From positions 1 through 50,735 of the forward strand of contig VBGO01000075.1 in the NCBI GenBank assembly GCA_005882525.1: 50,735 nucleotides of DNA. Reading direction: 5' to 3'. The translations under genes were made by a program, and so were the position numbers. The stretch is from Chloroflexota bacterium (GTDB taxonomy: Bacteria > Chloroflexota > Dormibacteria > CF-121). The notes beneath the pieces were generated by a model that saw only the letters and a program-made list of their open reading frames with translations, searched no databases and had not been told where the DNA came from. Shown here piece after piece: positions 34,866 through 47,994 of the stretch (its first letter is position 1; each line of letters opens with the position of its first letter).

Positions 34866-36308
34866 GTGGCTCGATTCCGATCGCTCCGCTGGCGGCTCAC
34901 CCTTCTCTACCTGAGCCTGCTTGCCGGCCTGCTCCTGCTGGGCGGCGTCGCCCAGTACTTTGCCGCGCGCGAGGTCCTCTTTCGGACCAATGCCGACGTG
35001 CTCGCCAGCGAGTACACCGCCGTCTTTGGGGCCTTCCACAAGGCCAACGCCAGCCGGCCGGCCGCCGCGCTGCGCGCCGTCATCCTCTCCCAGCAGTTCA
35101 GCAACGAGCTGCGTTCGCGGAATACGTCCGCCGCCATCTTCGATCTGAACGGCGGCCGGGTGGCGTGGGCTGCCGCCAGCCTCGGCACCGACGAGGTTCC
35201 GACCCTGACAAACCAGGCGTATATCGACGCCGTCCAGGGAAAGGGGAAGACGTACTACGTCGCCAGCGGCAACGATGGCACGACGAACTACCTGGTGGTG
35301 CTCAATGTGATCAGGAACGGAACGCGGCCGCTGGGGCTCGCTCAGCTGGCCATCCCCACCTCGGAGATCGACCAGACGCTGCGGGCCGACCGCGAGCTCG
35401 CCATCATTGGATCATTGCTCGTCCTCCTGATCGCCGGACTGTTGAGCCCGCTGATCGTTGGCCGGGCGCTCGGTCCGCTGGAGCAGATGGCCGCGACGGC
35501 CGGGGCGCTGGCGGCCGGCGATTACAAGCAGCGGGTGCCGGTGCCGAAGACCGGCGATGAAATCGGCAAGCTGGCGGTCGCCTTCAACCAGATGGCCGCG
35601 GGCATCGAGCAGGCCTTCGAAGTCCGCCGGCAGTCGGAAGCGCAGATGCGCCATTTCGTGGCGGATGCCTCGCACGAGCTTCGCACCCCGCTGACCTCGA
35701 TCGCCGGCTACATCGACGTACTCGCCCGGCGCACCGTGGTCGATCCGGAGACCCTCCAGTCGTCCCTCGCCGCCATGCAGCAGGAAAGCACCCGGATGAC
35801 CCGGCTGGTCAACGACTTGCTGACGCTCACCCGCTTCGAATCGGGCAAGGCGCCCAGCCGCCAGCCAGTGGTGCTCGACCGGTTTCTCAACCAGGCGCTC
35901 GACGAATTGAGCCTGGCCGACAAGGGGGCGGCGGAATCGCGCGACCTCCAGGCCGGGGTGACGGTGCGGGCGGACCCGGAGGCACTCAAGCAGGTGGTGA
36001 CCAATCTGGCCCAGAATGCTCTCAAGTACGCCCCCGGGGCGGAGCAGCGCTGGAGCGTGTTCGAGACCGACGGACGCGCCGCCATCCGGCTGCAGGATAC
36101 GGGCCCCGGGATCTCGCGGCAGGACCTGCCCCACATCTTCGAGCGCTTCTACCGCGGCGAGAAGGCGCGCGACCGGTCGACGGGGGGCTCGGGGCTGGGC
36201 CTGGCCATCGCCAAGTCGATCGTCGAAGCGCACCAGGGCACGATGGAGGCGGCCAGCGAGCCCGGCAAGGGGGCGACCTTCACCGCCTGGCTGCCGCTGG
36301 CGGCTTAG
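34866..36308 (+). CDS. Sensor histidine kinase (2 TM, HAMP, HisKA, HATPase_c)
   Basis: H-box SHELRTPLTSI, N-box NLAQNALKY, G-boxes DTGPGI and GGSGLGLAI. HAMP domain follows the second TM helix. Confidence 0.92.
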   Translation: MARFRSLRWRLTLLYLSLLAGLLLLGGVAQYFAAREVLFRTNADVLASEYTAVFGAFHKANASRPAAALRAVILSQQFSNELRSRNTSAAIFDLNGGRVAWAAASLGTDEVPTLTNQAYIDAVQGKGKTYYVASGNDGTTNYLVVLNVIRNGTRPLGLAQLAIPTSEIDQTLRADRELAIIGSLLVLLIAGLLSPLIVGRALGPLEQMAATAGALAAGDYKQRVPVPKTGDEIGKLAVAFNQMAAGIEQAFEVRRQSEAQMRHFVADASHELRTPLTSIAGYIDVLARRTVVDPETLQSSLAAMQQESTRMTRLVNDLLTLTRFESGKAPSRQPVVLDRFLNQALDELSLADKGAAESRDLQAGVTVRADPEALKQVVTNLAQNALKYAPGAEQRWSVFETDGRAAIRLQDTGPGISRQDLPHIFERFYRGEKARDRSTGGSGLGLAIAKSIVEAHQGTMEAASEPGKGATFTAWLPLAA

Positions 36309-36775
36309 CCCTTCAGGCGGATGATCGCCGAGATCTCGACCGGGACGCCGAGCGGCAACTCGCTGGTCCCCAGCGCCTGTCGGGTGTGCCGCCCGCGCTC
36401 GCCGAACACTTTGAAGATGAGGTCCGAGGCACCGTTGAGGACCTTTGGCTGCTCCTCGAAGCCGGCCGCCGAGCGAACGAAGCCGCTCAGCTGGATGAAT
36501 TGCTCGACCTGGTCGAGCGACCCCGCATGCTGGCGGATGAGCGCCATGATGTTCAGCGCGCAGATCTCCGCTGCCCGGCTGGCATCCTTGAGGCTGACAT
36601 CGCCCCCCACCACCCCGTGGAATTGGACCTCACCGTTCCAGCTCGGTAGCACCCCCGACGTATAGAGCAGCTCGCCAACTTGCTGCACCGGTACGTAGGA
36701 CGCCAGCGCCTTCGGCGGGTCGGGCAGCTTAAGTCCCAGCGTGCGCAGCGTCGCCTCGGCCGAATCGACGCTCAA
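36305..36775 (-). CDS. RidA/YjgF-family protein
   Basis: YjgF/RidA-like C-terminal pattern (...RQALGTSELPLGVPVEISAII) at about 156 aa. TTG start. Confidence 0.8.
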   Translation of the reverse strand: MSVDSAEATLRTLGLKLPDPPKALASYVPVQQVGELLYTSGVLPSWNGEVQFHGVVGGDVSLKDASRAAEICALNIMALIRQHAGSLDQVEQFIQLSGFVRSAAGFEEQPKVLNGASDLIFKVFGERGRHTRQALGTSELPLGVPVEISAIIRLKG

Positions 36776-36818
36776 GGTTCGTCTCGACCGGGTGGTGAGC
36801 AGGCGCGATCGACCTCCT

Positions 36819-36839
36819 CAGCCCGCCTTCGGCGGACTG
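36819..36839 (-). terminator. Stem-loop (9-bp stem, GAA loop) downstream of the BNR-repeat gene; possible U-tract-less terminator
   Basis: Minus strand reads CAGTCCGCC-GAA-GGCGGGCTG, about 90 nt after the stop at 36930. It is not followed by a T run. Confidence 0.3.
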
Positions 36840-36929
36840 TAGAAGAGAGGGTAGCGTTGCCGGTCCCCGACCGCCAGCCTGAACCGGTGAAGGGTTGGTT
36901 AACGGTGCCCGCCTCCCTGTGACAGCCGG

Positions 36930-38210
36930 TCACGGACGGTAGGCGCGGTCGTCCTCACGCCGCAGCCGCCAGCGGCGCAGCAGGATCACGGCGGCGAGCG
37001 CCAGCAGGGCCGTCAATGCCACGGCGTAGGGGGCATAGGAGGGCCCGCCGGTCGGACGCCGGACCGGCGCCGGCACCGCGCTGGCCCGAGGCGAAGCCGG
37101 GGCATGGCTGGTCGCCGACGGTGCCCCGCCGGGGGTCGCCCCCGCCACGGTGGCGGCGGGGTCCTGGATTCGATAGGCACCAGCCGAGCCGTCCGTGGGG
37201 CTCCAGGCCGCCGTGACCAGCTGTACCGGGTTCAACGGCTGCAGCGCGAGCGCCGTGATCCGTGGCTTGATCGGAAGGCCAGCGCCAAGCGTGCTCCAGC
37301 TGGCGCCCCGATCCAGCGACCGGAAAACGCCGCCGTTCCCCTGGTCGCCATCGCTCCCGACGTAGATCTGGTCCGGGTTGGCCGGGTTGAAGAGCGCAAG
37401 GTTGAAGTCCGTCGTGGGTAATCCGCTCAGCGGGCTCCAGGTCACGCCGCGATCGTCGCTGCGGAAGAGCCCTTGCGAGGTGCCGGCCAGCACCGGGCGC
37501 TCAGTCCCACCCGACGGGGCCGAGCCGACCGCGAGGGAGGCGACCACGGCGTCGGCGGGAAAGTTGCCTTTGACCACTGCCCAGCTACCACCGAGTCCCT
37601 CCGACTTGAGCAGGTAGCCGGACCCGGCGGAGCCGTTGTCGGCACCCGCAAAAAGCGTGACGCCGGTGGCTTTTGTCAGCACCGCCACCGCCGAGATATC
37701 CAGGCCATCGAGACCGAGGAGATGCCAGCTGCCGGCGCCGTCGATCGAGTAGTACACGCCCCGGGCGGTACCGGCGACGACGAGCCCGGTGTCAAGGTCG
37801 ATCGACCGAACATCCAGGTCGCTCATGCCCTGGTTCTGCGCGGTCCATGTCTTGCCTTCGTCGACGGACTTGTAGAGGCCGGCGGTCTGCGTTCCGGCGT
37901 AGGCGCTGGCGGGCTGCAGCGGATCGAAGCGCACCACCCACGCGCCCTCCATGCCGGCGATCACCGAGCTCCAGGTGGTGCCGGAGTCCGCGCTCCGCAA
38001 GACGCCGCGGCCCTGGGTGGCGGCCAGCAAGACCGCGGGGTGCGCCGGCGAGACCGCGATCGACCAGACAGGACGATCCGCTGAGCCCGGCTGCTGGGCA
38101 CCGGTTGACGTCCAGCGCGTGTCCGCCGCGGATGCGGCGACAACGGTGAGGAGCAACCCGGCGGCCAGCGTGATGGGCGTAAGCAGAGCGATGCGGCGCG
38201 TAGATTTCAC
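36930..38210 (-). CDS. Secreted BNR/Asp-box repeat beta-propeller protein (Ycf48-like) with a C-terminal TM anchor
   Basis: Signal peptide, then at least 6 SxDxGxTW-type Asp-boxes (DSGTTWS, DEGKTWT, DGAGSWH, DRGVTWS, DRGASWS). A Pro/Ala-rich linker leads to a terminal hydrophobic helix and RRWRLRRE. Confidence 0.8.
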   Translation of the reverse strand: MKSTRRIALLTPITLAAGLLLTVVAASAADTRWTSTGAQQPGSADRPVWSIAVSPAHPAVLLAATQGRGVLRSADSGTTWSSVIAGMEGAWVVRFDPLQPASAYAGTQTAGLYKSVDEGKTWTAQNQGMSDLDVRSIDLDTGLVVAGTARGVYYSIDGAGSWHLLGLDGLDISAVAVLTKATGVTLFAGADNGSAGSGYLLKSEGLGGSWAVVKGNFPADAVVASLAVGSAPSGGTERPVLAGTSQGLFRSDDRGVTWSPLSGLPTTDFNLALFNPANPDQIYVGSDGDQGNGGVFRSLDRGASWSTLGAGLPIKPRITALALQPLNPVQLVTAAWSPTDGSAGAYRIQDPAATVAGATPGGAPSATSHAPASPRASAVPAPVRRPTGGPSYAPYAVALTALLALAAVILLRRWRLRREDDRAYRP

Positions 38211-38320
38211 GCGGGTGCCCGGAAAAACGGAGTAAGGATAGCAGACACTCTTGGGCCTCCCGACGGCATTTTGGACGGAGCGTCCAGCCGGGAGGGTAAT
38301 TCGCCGGAAGCTCGACTACA

Positions 38321-40972
<2,652 letters not shown>

Positions 40973-43594
40973 TTAGCTCCCGCGTCTGTGGTCGAGGTTG
41001 GCGAACTTCGTCTGCTCGTCGATGAAGAGCAGCTCGAGCTTTCCGGTCGGGCCGTTGCGGTGCTTGGCGATGATGATCTCGGCGATGTTGCGCTTGTCCT
41101 CAGCGACGTTGTCGTTGTAGAAACGCTCGCGATAAATAAACAGGACGAGGTCACTGTCTTGCTCGAGGGTCCCGGACTCACGAAGATCCGAGAGTTGCGG
41201 ACGGTGATCGAGTCGTTTTTCGGGTTCGCGGCTGAGTTGCGAGCACGCGATGACGGGAATCTGTAACTCGCGAGCGAGACTTTTCAACGATCGCGAGATG
41301 TCCGAAACTTCCTGAACACGGTTTTCCTGATTGCGCCCCTGCATCAGCTGAAGATAATCCACGATGATCAGACCGAGGTTATTCGCCGACTTCAGCCGAC
41401 GGGCCTTGGTGCGCATCTCCATCACCGAGACGTTCGGCGAGTCATCGATGTAAATCTGCGCTTCGGACAGCGCACCCATCGCCTGGGCGATGCGCGGCCA
41501 CTCGGCATCCTTGAGGAGCCCGGTTCGCAGTCGATACGAATCGACCGAGGCTTCACTGCACAGCAGCCGCGTCACCAGCTGCTGCTCGGACATCTCGAGC
41601 GAGAAGATGGCGACCGGAACCTTGTACTGGATCGAGGCGTGCTGCGCGATATTGAGAGTCAGGGACGTGTTATGGACGAGCACGTCCTCGGCGATGAAAT
41701 TCGCGCCCGATGGGACGGCGAGATCATAGACCTGGTGTTCGCCAATCGGCTCGATCGAGACGATCCGATCCCAGTAGACTTCTGGATTGGCGAGCTCACT
41801 CAGCCACCAATCCTCGAGAACCTCATTGAAAATTCCGAGCCGTCGCTGTGAGAGGCCGTGATTCGTCCTCGGGTTATAGGTTTCGAATTTCGATGTACTG
41901 GCTCTTTCTCCCGAGAGGACCGCCAGCTTGGACCAGCCAAGCCCCTGCATCGCGGCCGCCTGACCCACCATTTTCCAGACGACAAGTGGGAGATGGCCGG
42001 TGTTGCGACGAAACATAGGAAGATCTGACGGGAACCGGGCAACCTTTTCACCGATCCAACCGATTTCGCTTTGATAGGTTGCGACCGACTCAGAGTCAGT
42101 TACTTGCACCCGCCAACACCGTTCGGACTTTCGGTAGAACCGCGACACGATGCCAAAACGCACAAACGCATGATGCATATCCTTCGCCAGCCCTTCTGAG
42201 GCAACAGCGAATTCAATCCGAGGCCGGCCATTCTGCGTTCGGAAGATGCTGCCATCGCACGACATCAAGCCTCGAATGAATTCACGAAGCGTCTCTTTAT
42301 CCCATCGCCACGCTGCATCGGGGAAACGCTTCACCTCAGACTTCTTTCCCCAGAGGCTAAATTCCTTCAGCCAACGAATGACAGGATTCGGCTGCCACGA
42401 ATATGGACCGAGAAGCTTATGAAAACCCGCAACAACATAGTGAGGCCCATGCTGTCTCACATGGCAGGTTGGAAAATGGGACGCGATGGCATCCTTGAAG
42501 TCGGCCACTATTTCGGCATCTACGTTGGTAAAGTCGGGAGCCGTCCCGGAAAGCCCTCCGTCACCAACGAAGTAGCCGAGCAGGCGAGCCAGCGGAGCCG
42601 GCACGCTTTCCTTGCCGAACACGGGTAGGCGCCGCGGAACGGCGATCGTATCTCCGATCACGAGGTCGTGCAGAGGCTGCCAGCCGGATACGGTCAGAAA
42701 CGGATGATGTCCAGTGACTTCGACTCGCCTTCCCGTTTGCGTCGTGACCGCAAAACACGGTTGCACACCGCTGTCGACCCACGCGCCGATCTGACGCGGC
42801 TCGATCCGACCGTGGGGTGAAAGCCCAAAAACCGAAGCCTTCCGTTGTCTCACGAATTCTTCGATCGTTAGCCTGGCACCCGTTTCCGGATCGTCGACGA
42901 GCGTGCTCCAAATTAGGCACTTTCCTACGCCCGGCCTTGCGGCAATGATGATCAGGTCGGACTTCTGGAAGCCGCCGGTCTTCGCATCAAGGTCATTGAA
43001 ACCACTGGGTACGCCCGAAATAACTGACTGATCCTTGTGGATCTGCTCGATCTGGTCCCAGGTGGTCTTGAGAATGTCTTTGAGCGCGACGAAGTCCTGG
43101 GTGATGCGGCCTTCCGCGATGTTGAAGATGACGCCTTCCGCGGTATCGAGTGCCTGGCTCGCGGGCGTGCTGTCATCGAAGCCCAGCGCCGTGATCCGTC
43201 CGCCGGCACTGATCAACTTTCTCTTGGTGGCGGCCTCCTCGACGAGGTGGCCGTAGTACTCGACGTTGGCCGCCGTCGGCACGCCACTCTCCAGCTCCGC
43301 GAGGAATGCCTGGCCGCCGATACGCTCGAGGACCAGCATCTTCTCCAGCTCCGCGGCGAGCGTCAGCAGGTCGATCGGATCGGCACGGTCGTAAAGGTTC
43401 AGCGCCGCCCGGAAAACCTGGGCATGGTGGTCGAGGTAGAAGTCCTCGGGCCGCAGGAAGTCCGCCACCCGCACGACCGCGTTGCGATCGAGCATCAGCG
43501 AACCAAGCACCGACGCTTCCGCCTCCAGGTTGTGGGGCGGCACCCGGCCGCCGGTTGCCGGCGGCGCCGGCGAGCGTCTCAGGTCAACCGTCAA
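40973..43594 (-). CDS. dnaB: Replicative DNA helicase DnaB, interrupted by an intein (precursor 873 aa, spliced about 456 aa)
   Basis: N-terminal [14 protein letters not shown]. Walker A is split as ARPGVGK / TSLTLNIA. Also Walker [10 protein letters not shown] and the arginine-finger region SQLSREPE. The TTG start overlaps the rplI stop as TTGA. Confidence 0.95.
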   Translation of the reverse strand: MTVDLRRSPAPPATGGRVPPHNLEAEASVLGSLMLDRNAVVRVADFLRPEDFYLDHHAQVFRAALNLYDRADPIDLLTLAAELEKMLVLERIGGQAFLAELESGVPTAANVEYYGHLVEEAATKRKLISAGGRITALGFDDSTPASQALDTAEGVIFNIAEGRITQDFVALKDILKTTWDQIEQIHKDQSVISGVPSGFNDLDAKTGGFQKSDLIIIAARPGVGKCLIWSTLVDDPETGARLTIEEFVRQRKASVFGLSPHGRIEPRQIGAWVDSGVQPCFAVTTQTGRRVEVTGHHPFLTVSGWQPLHDLVIGDTIAVPRRLPVFGKESVPAPLARLLGYFVGDGGLSGTAPDFTNVDAEIVADFKDAIASHFPTCHVRQHGPHYVVAGFHKLLGPYSWQPNPVIRWLKEFSLWGKKSEVKRFPDAAWRWDKETLREFIRGLMSCDGSIFRTQNGRPRIEFAVASEGLAKDMHHAFVRFGIVSRFYRKSERCWRVQVTDSESVATYQSEIGWIGEKVARFPSDLPMFRRNTGHLPLVVWKMVGQAAAMQGLGWSKLAVLSGERASTSKFETYNPRTNHGLSQRRLGIFNEVLEDWWLSELANPEVYWDRIVSIEPIGEHQVYDLAVPSGANFIAEDVLVHNTSLTLNIAQHASIQYKVPVAIFSLEMSEQQLVTRLLCSEASVDSYRLRTGLLKDAEWPRIAQAMGALSEAQIYIDDSPNVSVMEMRTKARRLKSANNLGLIIVDYLQLMQGRNQENRVQEVSDISRSLKSLARELQIPVIACSQLSREPEKRLDHRPQLSDLRESGTLEQDSDLVLFIYRERFYNDNVAEDKRNIAEIIIAKHRNGPTGKLELLFIDEQTKFANLDHRRGS
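41669..42919 (-). mobile_element. Class 1 intein with a LAGLIDADG homing-endonuclease domain, inserted in the DnaB P-loop (between GK and T)
   Basis: Cys1 (CLIWSTL, codon 42919-42917), block B TGHH, LAGLIDADG motifs [12 protein letters not shown] and [12 protein letters not shown], block [23 protein letters not shown] (Asn codon 41671-41669), +1 Thr. Removing the 417 aa restores GVGKT. GC is visibly lower than in the flanks. Confidence 0.93.
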
Positions 43595-44037
43595 GCGGAG
43601 GTGACCATCAGCGGGATCCGGGCGGTGACCTCACGGTGGAGCTTGACGTGCGCCGTGCCAGGCCCCATGGCCTTCACCGGCGCCTCGAACTCGATCTTCC
43701 GGCGGTCGAGCGTGATCCCGTGCTGTTGCTTGAGGGCGGCCGCCACGTCGGCATTCGTTACCGCACCAAACAACTTGCCATCCTTCCCGCTTCGCAGTTT
43801 CAACACCACCTGGGCCGTCTCGAGGCGCGCCGCCAGGGCCTTCACGTCGGCCAACTCGCGCTGCTCGCGCTGGACGGATGTGGCCTTTTCCCGCTCGACC
43901 TGCTGCTGCGCACCGCGGGTCGCGGGTTGGGCCAGCTTGCGAGGGATCAGGAAGTTGCGGGCGAAGCCGTCGGCGACGTCTTTGGTCTCGCCGGCCTTGC
44001 CCGTCCCTTTCACATCCTCGATCAGGACAACCTTCAT
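43591..44037 (-). CDS. rplI: 50S ribosomal protein L9
   Basis: [32 protein letters not shown] is the canonical L9 N-terminus. 148 aa. Confidence 0.96.
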   Translation of the reverse strand: MKVVLIEDVKGTGKAGETKDVADGFARNFLIPRKLAQPATRGAQQQVEREKATSVQREQRELADVKALAARLETAQVVLKLRSGKDGKLFGAVTNADVAAALKQQHGITLDRRKIEFEAPVKAMGPGTAHVKLHREVTARIPLMVTSA

Positions 44038-44432
44038 ACGGCACCCCGCCGCGCCTGGACGACTGCCAGGCCACGGCCACGCAGGTCGTTGAGACGCGCC
44101 CGCAGGCCCTCGCGGCTGCGCCGCAAATCCTGGTCGAACACGCTGGTTCCGAGGGTGATCCGCTCCTGATGCTCGGCGACCACCTCCTTGGGTGCCTTTT
44201 CGACGAACAGTCGGACCGCAAGCACGGTCAGGGCCACCGCGTCCATCTCGCCGAAGATGGGCAAGCGCAAGGGGACATCGACAACCGGATTGAGGATCAG
44301 CGCCATCGCGGCCGCGAGCGCCAGCTTGTTGCGCTGGGGAACGCGCGGATCCCGATAGAGACAGTAGGTCAGCTTTCCGTAACGAGGCAGCTCCCGAGCG
44401 ATCCGCCGGAGCAGCCGAAGACTGAGCAGCAT
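44034..44432 (-). CDS. Small membrane protein, DUF1232 (YkvA)-like
   Basis: [27 protein letters not shown]...GEMD resembles the DUF1232 core. Its stop overlaps the rplI start. Confidence 0.5.
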   Translation of the reverse strand: MLLSLRLLRRIARELPRYGKLTYCLYRDPRVPQRNKLALAAAMALILNPVVDVPLRLPIFGEMDAVALTVLAVRLFVEKAPKEVVAEHQERITLGTSVFDQDLRRSREGLRARLNDLRGRGLAVVQARRGAV

Positions 44433-44518
44433 GCTTCCCCTATTCCCCGCGAGCCTTGGGTCGCGTCGAGCCTGCTCCGACGCGTCCGTGGCGCCGCAGA
44501 TTTTAACAGAGCATCAGC

Positions 44519-45631
44519 CTAACGAGCCGTCGTGACAGCTGTCTGTCGCGATATCCCCAGCACCTCGAATACAGGGCCTGTGGAAAGACCTTGAACAACT
44601 AGCGAGAGGAAGACAAAGCCGAAGACGAGGACCAGGATGGCGTCGTGGCCGGCGACCTCCGCCGGCACGCCGAGGGCGAGCGCCAGGGCCAGCGCGCCAC
44701 GCATCCCGGCCCAGACCAGAGCGAAACGCCACGACCAGGGCCAGAGATCGCTGCGGGAGAGCGTGACCAGCGTCACCATCAGGGCGCGCGCCAGCAGCAC
44801 GATAGCGGCGAGCAGCAGCAAGCGGCCACCGGCCCCAACCACCTGGTCGATGCGGACCTGCAGGCCCACCAGCAAAAACACAACGCTCGACATGGCAAAG
44901 CCGAGCGAGCGCCAGAAGCGATGAACCTGGTGGTGAGTCGTTGGCTGATAGGCCGATCCCAGGAGCAGCGACGTGGCGATCACTGCTAGCAAGCCGCTGG
45001 CCCCGATCCATTCGGCGAGCAGGTACGCGGCGTAGGCGGCGGCGACCGTGACGGCGATCTGAACGGGACGAGACACGATCCCGAGCAGCCGGCGGGTAAG
45101 CAATCCGACGCCGGCTCCGACCGCGAGGCCGCCGCCCGTGAGCCAGAGGAAGAGGCCGACGACACCGGGCGCATCGAGCACGTGACGCTCGACCACCGCG
45201 AGCGCGACCACGAAAAGCACGACGGCGACCCCGTCATTGACAAGGCTCTCACCCTCGAGCGCGACCCGCAGCCGCTCCGGCGTGTGCAGCCGGCGCAGCG
45301 CGGCGAAAACGGAGACCGGATCGGTTGCCGCCAGGATGGCCGCCAGCAGCAGCGCTTCGGCCGAGGGTAAGCCGGCCGCCCGGAGTAGCCCGAAGACGAT
45401 GCCCGCGGTCAGCACCGCACCGGCCACACCCAGCAGCAGGATCCAGGACAGCTCGCGGCGGACGGCCGAGATTCGCATCGAGAATCCGGCGTCGAACAGG
45501 AGCGGTGGCAGGAAGACCACCAGGACCAAGCTCGGGCTCACGCTAAAGGCCGGCACGACGCGCGCGGTGGCGAGCAGCGCCCCAACCAGCAGCAGCAAGA
45601 ACGGCCAGGGCCAGCGGCGGATCGCCGTCAC
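44519..45631 (-). CDS. Cation:proton antiporter (CPA1 / NhaP-type Na+/H+ exchanger), short form
   Basis: About 10-11 TM helices. FLPPLLFDAG, ILAATDPVSV and LEGESLVNDG are typical Na_H_Exchanger motifs. Confidence 0.85.
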   Translation of the reverse strand: MTAIRRWPWPFLLLLVGALLATARVVPAFSVSPSLVLVVFLPPLLFDAGFSMRISAVRRELSWILLLGVAGAVLTAGIVFGLLRAAGLPSAEALLLAAILAATDPVSVFAALRRLHTPERLRVALEGESLVNDGVAVVLFVVALAVVERHVLDAPGVVGLFLWLTGGGLAVGAGVGLLTRRLLGIVSRPVQIAVTVAAAYAAYLLAEWIGASGLLAVIATSLLLGSAYQPTTHHQVHRFWRSLGFAMSSVVFLLVGLQVRIDQVVGAGGRLLLLAAIVLLARALMVTLVTLSRSDLWPWSWRFALVWAGMRGALALALALGVPAEVAGHDAILVLVFGFVFLSLVVQGLSTGPVFEVLGISRQTAVTTAR

Positions 45632-47025
45632 TGGGAAAGCAGTTCGGGGTGCGCCTCGAGGTAACGCCAGGCCGCCTCGGGGTCGGCCGGCAGCGTTCCG
45701 TCGACGATCGCGTCTTCCAGCGCCGACTTCGCCCGCTTGATCCAGGGACCGGCCGGACGGCCCGTTCGTACCATCAGGTCTTCGCCGGTGAGCGGTGAGC
45801 GGATCGCGGCGATCGCATCGGCGTCCAACCGCCGGATGCGCGCCTCGAGGTCGTCGATCTTGATCACGTCCGGGTAGTGACTGGCGCGCATGTCGGCGCG
45901 AGCGAGGGCGAGCAGCTGGTCCAGCTCGTCACCGGCGTCGCGAACCAGCCGGCGCACCGCCTTGTCCTCCCAGCCTTGTGGGTCGTACTGGATGGGCCGC
46001 ATGTGGAGGCGGACCAGCCGGGTGACCGCGTCGATCACCTCGCCCGGGTAGCGGAGCTGCCGGAGCGCGGGGCCCGCCATAGTGGCGCCAACCTCCTGGT
46101 GACCGATGAAGGTCGGCTTCCCCTCGCGAAGTTCGTGCACGGCGGGCTTGCCGACATCGTGCAGGAGCGCGGCGAGCCGGGTGACCAGATCCGCGGGAGC
46201 GAACGAGGCGGCCAGCAGCGCGTGGCCGAAGACATCGTGGCTGTGCCAGCCGCCCTGCTGCATGCCCTTGCCGGCCTCTAGCTGAGGCAGGATCCGCGGC
46301 AGAAGTCCGGTCGCATCCAAGAGCTCCAGGCCACTCTGCACTCGCTCCGCCAGCAGCAGCTTGGAGAACTCGTCGCGGATGCGCTCCATCGACACGGTGG
46401 GTGGTTGCAGCCGTCCCGACTGATCCCGGATGGCGGTTTCCACCGAGGGGTCAAGTGTGAACTCGAGCGTGGTCGCGAACCGAACCGCGCGCAACATGCG
46501 GAGCGGGTCTTCGTCGAAGGTCGTTTTCGGCTCGAGCGGCGTTACGATCCGGCGCGCCTTCAGGTCATCGAGGCCGCGACCGGTCAGGTCCAGCACGGTT
46601 CCGTCCCAGTCCATCAGCAGCGTGTTGATCGTGAAATCGCGCCGCATGACGTCATCCTTCAGCGTGCCGGGACTGACCTCGGGCTTGCGGCTGGTGCGGT
46701 CATACCGTTCGACCCGGCTGGACACGAACTCCAGCGCATGCCGCGGGTCGAGGTCGAGGTGCGCCGTGCCGAATCGCTCGAAGATCACGGGGGGATGCAG
46801 CGTCAGGGCGGCGCTGACCGCGGTCGCCAGCTGGATGGCGCCCTGTCCCTCCACCAGGATGTCGACCTCGCGAATCTGTTTTGCCCGGTCGTCACCCAGC
46901 AGCCGGTCGCGCACGTAGCCCCCGACGACCAGGGCGCGCCGCCCACGTTGTTGGGCGTGCTCCCGGACCGCCGCAAATGCCGGGCCCCAGTCCGGCAGGG
47001 CCGGCGGATCAAGCCGGGCGGGCAT
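45628..47025 (-). CDS. cca: CCA-adding tRNA nucleotidyltransferase with an HD domain
   Basis: GGYVRDRLLG...D.D polymerase-beta head, RDFTIN motif, HD motif LLHDVGKP. Confidence 0.88.
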   Translation of the reverse strand: MPARLDPPALPDWGPAFAAVREHAQQRGRRALVVGGYVRDRLLGDDRAKQIREVDILVEGQGAIQLATAVSAALTLHPPVIFERFGTAHLDLDPRHALEFVSSRVERYDRTSRKPEVSPGTLKDDVMRRDFTINTLLMDWDGTVLDLTGRGLDDLKARRIVTPLEPKTTFDEDPLRMLRAVRFATTLEFTLDPSVETAIRDQSGRLQPPTVSMERIRDEFSKLLLAERVQSGLELLDATGLLPRILPQLEAGKGMQQGGWHSHDVFGHALLAASFAPADLVTRLAALLHDVGKPAVHELREGKPTFIGHQEVGATMAGPALRQLRYPGEVIDAVTRLVRLHMRPIQYDPQGWEDKAVRRLVRDAGDELDQLLALARADMRASHYPDVIKIDDLEARIRRLDADAIAAIRSPLTGEDLMVRTGRPAGPWIKRAKSALEDAIVDGTLPADPEAAWRYLEAHPELLSQ

Positions 47026-47968
47026 GCCTGGTGTATAGACGCGCGTACTCGACCGCGCCGATCAATCCGGCGTCATCACCGAGGGCGGGACCCACGATGC
47101 GCAGTCCCCGGCGCGATGCCTTCCACGACGAGGCGCGCATCGACCGGCGCATCGGGCCGACCAGGAGGTTCCCGGACTTGATGACGCTCCCGCCCAGCAC
47201 GATCAGCTGCGGGTTGAACAGGTTGACGAGGGTCCCCATCGCCAGTCCCAGGTACGTGCCGGCGTTCTCCAGGATGGCAGTCGCCAGCTCGTCGCCGGCC
47301 CGGGCGGCACGAGCCACGTCCTCGGCGTGGGGGTGCTCCAGCCCGTGCAGCGCGCTCCCGGGCGTTCCCCGGGCAGACTCGCGCGCCGCCCGGGCAATCC
47401 CAGTGCCGCTGGCGATCGCCTCCAGGCAGCCCCGATTGCCGCAGGTGCAGAGCGGCCCGCCGGGCTGCACCACGATGTGGCCCACCTCGCCCGCAATCCC
47501 ATGCGCGCCGGCGTAGAGCTCACCGCGTAAAAGCAGCCCGGCCCCGATGCCGGTGGACACCGTGACATAGATCATCTCGCTGGCGCCGCGGGCCGCCCCG
47601 CGTCGGTGCTCCCCGAGGGCGGCCAGGTGGGCGTCGTGGTGCAAGAAGCTCTGGATGCCAGTTGCGCGGGTCAGGATTCGGTTGAGCGGCACGTTGCGGA
47701 AACCGGGCAGGTTGGCGGGGCTGATGACGATGCCGGCCGCCGGGTCCACCGGCCCGGGCAGGCCGATGCCCAGGGCCCGCACGCGACCCGACGCCGTGCC
47801 ATCCTCTTTCAGCGCTTCCGCGACGGCATCCACGATCCGATTGATGACGTGCTGACGGCCGCGGGCGGCCTCGGTCGGGTGCCGCACCACCGTTTTCAGG
47901 CGGCCGCGATCATCCGCCACCGCGACGCGGAGTTGCGTGCCACCAAGGTCGATGCCGACGAAGGCCAT
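47009..47968 (-). CDS. ROK-family sugar kinase (glucokinase-like)
   Basis: VGIDLGGTQ ATP-binding N-terminus, ROK zinc motif CTCGNRGCLE, GGS(V) C-terminal motif. Confidence 0.88.
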   Translation of the reverse strand: MAFVGIDLGGTQLRVAVADDRGRLKTVVRHPTEAARGRQHVINRIVDAVAEALKEDGTASGRVRALGIGLPGPVDPAAGIVISPANLPGFRNVPLNRILTRATGIQSFLHHDAHLAALGEHRRGAARGASEMIYVTVSTGIGAGLLLRGELYAGAHGIAGEVGHIVVQPGGPLCTCGNRGCLEAIASGTGIARAARESARGTPGSALHGLEHPHAEDVARAARAGDELATAILENAGTYLGLAMGTLVNLFNPQLIVLGGSVIKSGNLLVGPMRRSMRASSWKASRRGLRIVGPALGDDAGLIGAVEYARLYTRHARPA

Positions 47969-47994
47969 GGCTATCGCGGCTCAGATTACCGCCG

